From: Acanthaster planci
Taxonomy: Eukaryota
Assembly (NCBI RefSeq): GCF_001949145.1
Contig: NW_019091362.1
Span: 1,929,838 to 1,993,837, forward strand
Length of the DNA: 64,000 nucleotides
Direction: 5' to 3'
Position 1 is the first letter of the stretch, and the number at the start of each line of letters is the position of its first letter. Position numbers and translations under genes: made by a program. The notes beneath the pieces are model-generated. The model had not been told where the DNA came from and ran no database searches. It worked only from the letters and a program-made list of their open reading frames with translations. Below are positions 39,401-48,060 of the stretch, piece by piece.

Positions 39401-42400
39401 TCTTTATAATACTTTGGCGTTTATTGGTGGTTGGAATTCTTCAATTCAGGGTTTACTGCAAGAGGCTATACACGCAAAAATTATGTGAATAAAGATCCCT
39501 ATTTTTTTCCTGTCAGAGGAAAGACGTTTTGTGGACACTGGAAATTGAATCAGTTTTCAACTTTAAAGCTGGTACCATCGGTGATGCGAGTTTAACATTG
39601 ATATATATTTATATCTTAACTTCGAGAATTCTTCCTTCTAAATGACTGCGGTTGTTGGTAATAAACTTTCAACTGACCAATCAAACTGTTCCTATAAATA
39701 AATATTCATATAATCAGGATTCTTACCCAATCAGAGTTCTCCGTCCAGTTTTGGTAGCAGGCCCCATGATAGGCCTATGTTGTGCACAAAAGGGCTTGGA
39801 GATTGTTCAAGTCGGTAATTGGGCACCGCTGGATACCCACATGGGGGGGTTGCGTGGCCGTTCCCGCGTGTTATCAAACTGCACGCCGAACCGCACGCGT
39901 GTTTTTTTTATTTATACCATAGCCTAAGGTTTTTGCTGTTGTGGTACTATTTCACACTTGAAAAGAGACTAGTGGTGAATACGTATACGAGCGCATGGGA
40001 TTTAACGTGGGGGCGGAAACATGGCATAGGCCTATATTGCCGTTTTTAAGGATGTCAAGAGGGTTTCCGTCTCGTTCATGCAAAGCTTGAGCTGCCACTT
40101 TCACTAAAGCTAACGCAATGCAAAACGTGAACAAAATAAACCAACCTCACGGGACTGAATAATGCGTGAAGTTTTCATTGAGTATTTTCTGCGCCGTTCC
40201 CTTCTTCCATGAAGGCAGTGGCGCATCAAGGATTCGAATTTTTGATATTATCCCTTGCTGTACTACACAGTGCACAGCTAGCAGTTATTTTTGATATTGG
40301 GAGTCTTTTACCATAGGTATAATAAGCATTATTGACGCACTTAGCTTAGCCATAACCTGTTTGTATAATCGACTTTGCAGTAATACGTGTAAGTTGAACA
40401 AGCCTAGAGGAAATCCAGGCTACTCAAAGACCAACATTAAGATATTTCATGTAACAAATTTTGAAATTTGATTTTGTTTTAGTGGAAAAGAAAAAAACTG
40501 AAAGAAGAGAGACAAAAGGGGTGGAAATCTCAATTTGCTTGAAAACAACCCTCATTAATGACCACTTAAATGCGTACATCTCGAGGAAAGTGAACTACAT
40601 CCGGCCAATTACTGACTTGGTTTCAAATCTAAGTATTGGCATAATGTGTTTCTCATTGTGTTAATTTCTTACCCTTGTCTTTACTTTAAGATAAAGATTC
40701 AAATTTATTTACTAGTGAAGCGGAATCACTGCTCTTTCCCTACAATATGAAACGTTTCTATGACGTTTGGACTTGCAAAGCGTGTTTCCAATATAAATCA
40801 TAATGATATTGAGTCCATTTCTTTTAATATTTTATGGAATCCTATGTGAAGAAGGCGAGAGGCAGTAGTGAGTTTGACAGTTTCATTAATTCCAATTTCC
40901 GTTACGTAGGGAGTTTCAAAAGAGAGTTGCGAGTACTCATTTTCCTGTGAGTTACATCTTTTCAATGAAATATTTGTGATAGTCATGCCACACTGCAGTC
41001 TACTGCAGTAATTATATATCTTAGTTTGTCACTTTGAAGCAATGCTTTTCAACTATACTTGAATACCATGACTTAAGAACTGCAGTTTTGCAAACTGAAG
41101 TGAGAAATCTTATAGAACGAAACTGTACCACAGGGTGAAATGCGACCGAGCTGATTGAAATTGATAAGATTTGTACATCAGCAAATACCGATATTGCTTT
41201 GCGGCAGTCCGTTATACGTGGTGTTAGGATAATCCTGGAGTTGTGCAGATGTGCCGTTTGGCTATTACTGTCTTTGTAGCCGTAATACGGTTTCTCGTTC
41301 AGATACTTTTTTAAGGACGATCTGGACTTTCTTATTATTTTATTTTCTGGCTCCTCTAAAGGGAGGAAGTTCAAGAAAAGTGAGTCGTATTTGTGCTTTG
41401 ACTAAAAATGTTTCGGACATGACTGACTTCTTCTTTTAAGTTTAGTTTCTAGGTTAATGCTTCTCTTCATATTAAATTTGTTACAAGGTTATTATAACTT
41501 GTTCACTCTGAATAATTACCAAGACGCATCTGTTAACTTAAGAACTAATAAGGGCAGCTATAGTGGAGCCTTTTAGATTACGACAAAGAATCGGAGTTTG
41601 GCTTCGCGATAAAAACTAACAAGATATTATACATTGGTGATTGCTCAAACTTTTGTACAACAAGCCATTTGTACTCATCACAGCCGGCTGTGATGAGTAC
41701 AAATGCATGAACTTTTATTGTATAGGTAGTTTCACTACTTCAGTTATATTTTCAATAATTTGTGAGAGAGATCTGGACATTTTTGTCTCATTTTCAGGTT
41801 CCCCCAGAAGAAAGAAGTACAAGAAAAGTGAGTCCGTTTGTATATTTTAAGTAAAAATTTCTATTGATATGAACTCCAACTGTAAACAGCATCCTTCTTT
41901 AATTTACTCTGTTGGTGGATGGATGTCGTTATTTTAACCCTGTATTTCCTAGGTTGTAATGAAAGTTTGTTAAATAACTCAGAAATTCCTTTTCTTTTAT
42001 GTCTAAAAGTCTTGTGTCAACCTCCCCCTTCCAATCAGCGTGAACTTCCTACAACTAACTCTTCTTCTGTTTTTCCTCTGCTATCTACTAAGAATTCTGA
42101 TCTTTTACGACAAGTAATTGCAAAATGTACCAAACAAAAGTGGAATTAAAAATTGAACTTCACGTTCGTTGCTTGAAGTCGATCATTGCAGCATACATGT
42201 GAAAAGGAGAGTAAAAAGATTCTATTGTTGCTTACTTCATGTTGTCCAAACCTGCCTCAATTTCGTCATGGTATTGTGCTGCTTTATTCAAGGTTTTCAG
42301 TCTTTAAAATTTGTCTCGTAATTGCTATTTTCAGCTGGCCAGAAGTACCGCAAGAAACGTAAGTTCAAGATTCTTCTTACCGTTAACATATTTGTGACAT

Positions 42401-43426
42401 TTTATTTTCTACGAAATGAAGGGAAAATATCCCTGCATAAGAGCATCCAACCCCTGCAGTAGAAAATAGACAACACTTGTATATCGTTATTATACGCTAA
42501 ACTGAGAGACTTTTCTCTGTTTGCAGGTAAGCGAAGCCGAAAGCCTGGCAGTGGTAGCGGTAAGTAGCATTGTTCATTCACTTAACATACATTTTGCCTG
42601 TCTTATCAACTCTCAGACAAGTGTCATTTGCTCAAGTCACTTGGTCAAAGTCAAGTCACCAGTGGCGTAACTAGGGTGCTACAGCTGAGGGGGGCACCTT
42701 AGGGTGCACATTTTCTTTTCAGGGGGCACTGAAAATAATTGAACTAGATGCCTGTCTGAACGCCCACCTACGTAAATGGGCGTAAATGTCCATTTCAAAA
42801 TTTCCAGGGGGGACCCGGGGGGCACGGGCCTCCGTTGGGGGGGGGGGGCACGTGCCCCCGTCCGCCCCCCTGTAGTTACGCCACTGCAAGTCACAGGCCA
42901 AAATTTGGTAGTTACAAGTCAAGTCACGAGTCACAAAAAAATGGTGAGCGGAGTCCAAGTCAAGTGAATCGAGTCTACAACTCTGCCATCTTCCCTCGTT
43001 ACGCTTTGCCACCAATTTTATATAATGTGCAGTTCTTTCAAGAACCCTCTTTTTATGATGGTTCTGTGTCTACACAGAAGGAACGCATATCAATATAGTA
43101 CCGATAAGGTGGTGGCAGCTCCCCCTGTTCATCCAAAAGCCCAATTTGTCAGAGGGAGAGGAAGTTTCCCTTGCCTCCTTACCCCCTTTGGCCATGACAC
43201 TGGTGCGTAGGGGATACAACTCACCGTCAATAGACCAAGAAATGACTCAAGCTTTTATGCGTGCTTTCCTATGGTTGTGACGTTGGATACACCAACTTTG
43301 AATCCCCATAGGAAAGCGCACATTTGAACATAGCATGACGTCATTATTTCCTCAGGTCTGTTTGTCAACAGCTGATGACTTTGTACAATCATGTATTTTC
43401 AATTTTTATTGCTCTCACCAGATTAA
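12491..43426 (+). CDS. Gene B: large secreted multidomain protein (2 FAMeT-like, 7 EGF, WAP, 3 antistasin, 2 divergent FAMeT-like, Lys/Arg-rich tail), ~1243 aa, 38 coding exons
   Basis: Exons: 12491-12551 (signal [20 protein letters not shown]), 12971-13156, 13532-13807, 14289-14471, 14884-15159, 15599-15646, 16385-16504, 16933-16962, 17229-17261, 17409-17441, 17586-17705, 18678-18797, 18929-19048, 21623-21652, 22490-22522, 22700-22819, 24354-24473, 24595-24714, 25876-25905, 26562-26702, 26903-26986, 27557-27604, 28923-29006, 29274-29468, 29999-30280, 30420-30437, 30568-30615, 32278-32361, 32599-32793, 32959-33240, 33460-33489, 35883-35912, 37783-37812, 39148-39177, 41798-41827, 42335-42358, 42527-42559, 43422-43426 (D-stop). 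They total 3732 nt in one open frame. Every internal exon is a multiple of 3 with phase-1 flanks. Gaps may hide further exons. Confidence 0.8.
12971..15159 (+). CDS. Gene B: two tandem FAMeT-like domains (4 exons)
   Basis: [66 protein letters not shown] and [61 protein letters not shown]. Confidence 0.88.
16385..24714 (+). CDS. Gene B: seven EGF-like exons (120 nt each) with Pro/Gly linker microexons
   Basis: Six-Cys EGF spacing, e.g. [35 protein letters not shown] (18678-18797, 24354-24473), [36 protein letters not shown] (17586-17705, 22700-22819), EDPC(K/E)[25 protein letters not shown] (18929-19048, 24595-24714), and [30 protein letters not shown] (16385-16504). Confidence 0.92.
16900..26240 (+). 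repeat. Intragenic tandem duplication of the linker + 3xEGF cassette, including introns
   Basis: ~17100-19340 aligns with ~22365-25003, and 21157-21980 aligns with 25465-26240. A nested 180-bp duplication at ~17130-17460 doubles a microexon. Confidence 0.9.
26562..26702 (+). CDS. Gene B: WAP (four-disulfide core) exon
   Basis: [47 protein letters not shown]: eight Cys with the C-x2-D-x-D-C..KCC..CG..C signature. AG/GT flanks, phase 1-1. Confidence 0.92.
26903..26986 (+). CDS. Gene B: antistasin-like domain exon 1
   Basis: [28 protein letters not shown] fits C-x4-C-x3-C-x2-GF-x4-NGC-x2-C-x-C. Confidence 0.9.
27960..28560 (+). mobile_element. Degenerate 3' fragment of an L2/CR1-group LINE ORF2
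   Basis: Frameshifted translation [58 protein letters not shown] matches the post-RT C-terminus of L2/CR1 elements. Confidence 0.88.
28923..29006 (+). CDS. Gene B: antistasin-like domain exon 2
   Basis: [28 protein letters not shown], 84 nt, phase 1-1. Confidence 0.88.
   Translation, partial: FVLSHSVVRNAQEDSKRTHMAVKCVTA
29274..30280 (+). CDS. Gene B: acidic exon plus basic exon, divergent beta-rich (FAMeT-like) domain, copy 1
   Basis: 29274-29468 [33 protein letters not shown]; 29999-30280 [62 protein letters not shown]. Homologous to gene C exons 7-8. Confidence 0.85.
29722..29884. mobile_element. MITE with ~28-bp TIRs and an internal hairpin
   Basis: CAGAGCTGCCAACCTGTCGTCCTCCTTC / GAAGGAGTACGACAGGTTGGCAGGTATG. 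Internal 13-bp stem at 29823-29850. Absent from the paralogous intron 32794-32958. No clear TSD. Confidence 0.75.
32278..32361 (+). CDS. Gene B: antistasin-like domain exon 3
   Basis: [28 protein letters not shown], a paralogue of 28923-29006. Confidence 0.88.
   Translation, partial: FVLRYGVVRTAQEDLNWTRMAVRCVIA
32599..33240 (+). CDS. Gene B: acidic exon plus basic exon, divergent domain, copy 2
   Basis: 32599-32793 and 32959-33240 have the same lengths (195 and 282 nt) and phases as copy 1. Confidence 0.85.
33353..33370 (+). pseudogene. Dead or variant microexon (paralogue of 30420-30437) with acceptor CAG changed to CAA
   Basis: ttttttccaa|gtagaagagacaaagtag|gtaat vs tttttccag|gtagaagaggcagaaaag|gtagg. 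Confidence 0.6.
33460..42559 (+). CDS. Gene B: polycationic tail encoded by microexons
   Basis: Five 30-nt exons with tttcag acceptors and A|gtgag donors: [10 protein letters not shown] (33460), [10 protein letters not shown] (35883, 37783, 39148) and [10 protein letters not shown] (41798). Then TGQKYRKK (42335-42358) and [11 protein letters not shown] (42527-42559). The TCT/TCC difference between copies is synonymous in this frame. Confidence 0.78.
33878..34195 (-). mobile_element. tRNA-derived (SINE-like) sequence enclosed by ~75-bp inverted repeats
   Basis: Minus strand 34035-33962 reads GCTCGGTGGTCGAGTGG..GTGGGTTCGAGGCCCACCCGAGTA (A box, T-arm/B box, acceptor-like pairing). Arms are 33878-33953 and 34120-34195. 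Confidence 0.75.
34660..39640 (+). repeat. Tandem ~1.4-1.9 kb intron-plus-microexon units (~3.5 copies; degenerate relics at ~40690-41830)
   Basis: Recurring blocks such as GTGAAGC(G/A)GAA(T/G)CACTGCTCTT (~35030, ~36575, ~38470, ~40715) and TATGTGAAGAAG. Exon spacing is 1900 nt (gapped) and 1365 nt. Confidence 0.9.
35510..35856. repeat. 86-87 bp minisatellite (4 copies), also at ~37050-37756 (gapped) and ~38947-39120 (2 copies)
   Basis: Unit GTTGTTAGGATATCAAATGAACGAACTTTTTACTG..TGAATTTCAAGTGATTTGTAGTTGAGATA, lying directly upstream of the microexon acceptor. Confidence 0.92.
41350..41379 (+). pseudogene. Dead copy of the 30-nt basic microexon with acceptor CAG changed to CTG
   Basis: tattttctg|gctcctctaaagggaggaagttcaagaaaa|gtgagt. 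The donor is intact; it would encode [10 protein letters not shown]. Confidence 0.65.
42660..42886. mobile_element. Non-autonomous hAT-type MITE with perfect TIRs and 8-bp TSD
   Basis: TIR CAGTGGCGTAACTA (42660) / TAGTTACGCCACTG (ends 42886). TSD CAAGTCAC at 42652-42659 and 42887-42894. Confidence 0.92.
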
Positions 43427-43562
43427 ACGGGGAGAGTCGAAAGAGAACGGATTCGAATCAGCACCAGGGTGAGTGTACTAACGCAGAAAAAGAGGCGTAT
43501 TAAATTGACCCAGTCGCTATCTCAAATTCTTTCACTCAATGTTCATAATCAAGCAACAGGGC

Positions 43563-43850
43563 AGAGCACCTCTAGGGAAAACGTGTTTTTTCTGATTTTT
43601 ATCTGTTCAAATTATCTGCACAAGGGTTTATCCATCAACACAGGGTAAGGGTTCTCCTCGATTTTTCTGTTTTCTCCTCAATGACGCAATCTGCATTCAA
43701 AATTTGCATCTTGCCACTAACAAAAAAAGCCCTTTTTCGTTTGTTATAATTGAGCTTTGAAGAAAAATGACACTGCGTTCGATTTGGATGCTTCCATATT
43801 TATTTGAACAGATAAAATCAGAGAAAACATGTTTTCCTTAGGGGTGCTTT
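43563..43850. mobile_element. MITE-like element with ~50-bp TIRs
   Basis: AGAGCACCTCTAGGGAAAACGTGTTTTTTCTGATTTTTATCTGTTCAAAT / ATTTGAACAGATAAAATCAGAGAAAACATGTTTTCCTTAGGGGTGCTTT, followed by TTAA. Confidence 0.75.
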
Positions 43851-45379
43851 TTAATAACAGCGAGTTGTTCCTCAACGAAGAGTTCAATTAACTTATATAA
43901 ACAGAACTATAGTTTCGCTTCTGGCATAGAACGCAGGAGTGAAAATTCCATTGATTTGTGAGCGATTCCCGCTTAGAAGCTCTAGTATTTAGTGTCTTAG
44001 GTAAAGCCCTGTTAAAAAGGGAGAGAAATAACAAGATTAGTTGAGAGTTTCAACATATTCATCCTAAAGGATTTGTCGTAATTTTGAAATGTAATGTGAC
44101 GTATCATGGTGGTGCAGCCCCGTGTGCTTTTGGTCGATAAATTCAGTAAAAACATAATGAATAACTCACCGGTCAAATGTCGGGAATTTGTTCAGGAAAA
44201 TCAAAGTGAAAATGTTTCTGGATTTATGTTTTGTACTGCGTTTTGTTCCTCTTTAGATTCTGTGAACTTTGCAGGATCCTTGGAGGACACACGACATTGA
44301 ATGCGTTTTGATGGTTGCATTTAGATCTATTAATTTTTCGCGAAATTTATGGAAAAATTTCTTTCTATCGGTATTGGTTTTAAACTGTCGGTTGATTTCT
44401 CTGCATAATAATGTTGCCATTTGAAATATGGGTGTGATATTTCTGCAGTAAATTTATTTCAGTTAAATTTCATTTTTTTTTGCTATTCTCAATTTGAAGT
44501 AATGTACATGTAAGATGTACTGGCCTATGTTGCCTTTAGTTAAATGAAAATAGAATCAAAGGTTGAATTTGAACACGTTTCACGGATCACATATTCTTAG
44601 CATTTCGGTAACATAAAATATTATGTTTATGGCGGTCACTTTATTGCATTGTATGTAGAACCTATCCAAACAAAATATGCGTTTCCATTACATTACATTC
44701 AAAATTAACGTTTATGTATTCCATATGGTAATTTTTTCAATAGATTGTCATATCCCGGTGTAAATTTTGTGTGGACTGTGTTCTTCTTTTTTAGATACCC
44801 AAATGGTATGCTTCAGTATGAAGGCAGTCCAAGCCGGTATAGCGATGTTTTATTTGCTGATCACATTATTGTCACCAGAGACAAGAATATCGTGCCTTCC
44901 AGGCCAACAACGAATGAATAATGTCCACTTTTAGAAAACACTGTTTCCGTTGTAACCAATGAAGTTTCAGTCTTGCGGATTTCACATCATTTTCTAACTT
45001 TCGAGAGTTTATAGGCCTATCGTAAGAAAAGTATTTTGTTGAGTATAACTGAAATACTGCACTGAATCTTGTGTGAAACTTGGAGGAAGAACGCAAGAGT
45101 TAAAACCCTGGCACTTGAAAGTGCACGGTCGCGGCCCGGTGAGACAAAACTTCATCATAGAAAGCAGTCCAAGAATTCCCTTTACTGACTTCAGCTTAGC
45201 TGGACAAGAGGGCCAGTAATATCCAAGCGACATTTTGTGGTGTCTTGCTTGTAATTAATTACAACGTATCGCTGTGACCGGGAAACAGAGAAAAGAATTT
45301 TAAAAATCGCGAATCAGCTTTGCTACACTGTTGCACTATCCACGAAATATTTGTAATTTTAATATTTGTCCCTCCAAAG

Positions 45380-45885
45380 CATCAGTTTTCGAAGACTTGG
45401 TACGAATTTGGCTAAGACTGGCCAACAACATGGTGACCACCCCTGGAAAGCTAAGTTTATAACGGACAAAATGATCTTCATCACAAGAAGTGATCATGAG
45501 ATCTCTTAAATTAAAATTCTGTGTAAAGGACGTAATAAAAATGAATCAAATAAAACAAACTGATCTTAAAAACAACTTGACAATTTGTTCCCAAAATAAC
45601 TCCACATGAAAGCGTTCGAGAAGGGCAAGAACTGCAAATGAACATTTAGGGCACATGGCCTGACGCAAGCAATTGCGTAAGTGTTAAATTTGATGTTGTG
45701 AGATCACACCAAGCGCCAACCAAAACATGAATATTCAGTTTCCTATATCTCAGTACACAAAGTTTTAAGGGTAGTGATTACCAGCGAAAAATTGCAGCAG
45801 CGATCTGAGGGCATGCCAGAAAGCGGTCATTGGCCAGATGTTATGGCCCGGGCAGTTCAAACTCCTTCTGTGTCTTTCCTCCATG
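45380..45885 (+). repeat. Dispersed ~500-bp repeat, second copy at ~51200-51785
   Basis: Shared CATCAGTTTTC..GTACGAATTTGGCTAA..CTGGCCAACAACATG and GGGCATGCCAGAAAGCGGT..GCCCGGGCAGTTCAAACTCCTTCTGTGTC. No coding signal is recognisable. Confidence 0.8.
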
Positions 45886-48020
45886 TGTGAACCTTGTTTG
45901 CTCCCAAGGTAAATCTTCGAATACTTTAAAAAATAGTCTGCTTGGAAGCGAGAGCAATCAAGGTTAAGGTCGGAAAGTGTCAATTCAATTTGTTTCTGTA
46001 GACAATATGTCAAGCCTTCGAGTACACACATCTGGCTTAACAACGGGGAAGCGTCGCCTCTAACTTCTACGCGTAGCATTCGCATTGAAGAATTTAAATG
46101 AAAAGCGTGACTGCACGTCAACCCTGTGATAACGTAATTGTGCACAAAAGATAACACGAAATACCACAATTTTTAAACAAAAATTTCGCAGGACATTGCC
46201 ATGGTGAATGAAGCCCACTTTGTTACGAAATGGCCCATTCACATACACTTGCAGTAACGAAAAGCGATACGCGGTAATGGCGCGCGATAAATTGCGTTTT
46301 TACACGGCAGCGGAAACCCGTCCAGTTTTATGTTAACGATAGTCCACAGCACTATTGAAGTAGCACCCAGACCATGACGTCATGTCCAGCTAGAAGGCTG
46401 ATTGATATAAGCGAGGTATCTTTGGGAAAATTGCTCTTCTTGCAGCGATTTATCGAGCGACTGTGCAGTTCGTCCGTTCTGAATTTGAACAACCTGAAGA
46501 AAATGTTGTGGTTTTGACCGCGCCGAATTCCGTTACAGCGAACATATGTAAATAGGTCTTATATGTGCTATTTCAGACACTAGTAATTCCCGTAGTCTGG
46601 GCAGTTCGTGGAGTGACGAAGGAATGCAAGTGGCCGGCTACCGCGCCGAAGCCCTCTTTAGAGGGGAGGTTTGCCTGGGGGACGCCTAGCTCTGCTCGAC
46701 GTGGCCAAGAAATGATATTTCCCCTTTTTGTTCACAAAGCAGCTGTTGAACACTGGAAATACTGAGAAATGAGCAGTTTAGTAATAAAGATGAAATACAG
46801 TCCACACAGTATTCAGACCATTTGATATCGATCAAGTGTTATTTTTGGTGAAGGGATTAAGTTTTTTTTTAGATATTATTAGTTCATCACAATTTTCTGG
46901 TATTGGATTTGAGCAGAATAAAGTACGCAAGCAATGATTCGTTTGTGTGTCTTGTGTGTAAAAACTAAGTAATCAATGTTGAGCATCTTTTTTTTGCATA
47001 AGTTCAGTCTTCTCCTTCACGACTCGTTCACTGCGCCAGCTATAAATTGTTGCGTCCGTGAAGTATGCAAATGAAATCTATTTGTTTGAAGACAGACAAT
47101 CTAGGCTTTTGCAAACGACATTCAAAATGCAACAATGCCCTATGGTAAATTTGATTATGAGCATGTGCCAAAGCTAAGCTCAGTATCACACTGTGATTCT
47201 GAATATCCTTGATGTAGATATTGGAAGCTATATGGTTGGTTATCACGGCAATCAATCTTGAGCTGTCAATCAGAGCTTTTATCTTTCCCGGTTATTTTCA
47301 ACACTTAAGTTTCAGGAGCTGATCGCAGGTGGCAGGGGCGTTAATCCTAGGAAAGGGGAGGTACTGTATATTGTCCCCAATTTCTGGCAGGAGGGGTGGG
47401 CTGTTGAATTATTCCTCAACATTTTCGTGCTTGAGAGCAACAGTTAAGGCAGAATTTATCGGTCTTCCCAACAACAAGAATGTGTTTATTGGCACCGACC
47501 AATAAGAAAATAAAAATGGATTTAACATCTGCATCATGAACAGCGCCCCGTAGGGTCAGTACCAAGCCGACCCCGTAGCTCTCCAAATTCCTCTTGGTTG
47601 AGAATTTTGTGAATTTACGTCATCCCCCCTCCCTTAGTCGGTCTCTGGCACAAATTCATCTCTGAAATTGCCGTACTTTGACTATTCCAAACGAGAAAAA
47701 GCAGTTTTCACGCCAACAGTGGCTGTCGGAACGTTCAGTTTGAATGGCACTATATTCAGTATCTCTGTCTCCACTAATAGGACACTGGATATAAATACCC
47801 AACATTAGGCCTACTTACCTGTATCGGTAACTAAGGAAGGGCTTATTCGATTCAGTCATTTTGGCGAGCAAAATTTGTACAGAAGTGGCGACGAGGATTT
47901 CAAGGGTCACCGCGTGCACAACTGGCGTACGTTTATCATGTGCGAACAGCATGACGATAAAACTTAACACAGGAGGCCTACGTGTTTTGTAAAGAGTTAT
48001 CCACTCCAGTCCCGCACACT

Positions 48021-48060
48021 CTCCTGAGGACGGCCAGAGCGCACTGGCCGAAACGTCGAG
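48021..48060 (+). ncRNA. Minimal hammerhead ribozyme motif, Penelope-like retroelement type
   Basis: CTC-CTGAGGA-c-GGCCAG-agcgca-CTGGCC-GAAAC-GTC-GAG: core CUGAnGA and GAAA, 6-bp stem II, palindromic ACGT stem III, GUC triplet and 3-bp stem I. Confidence 0.65.

Noticed and set aside
40483..40520. Purine-rich stretch after a good acceptor, possibly another basic microexon
   Set aside because: No phase-1 GT donor; inclusion would shift the frame.
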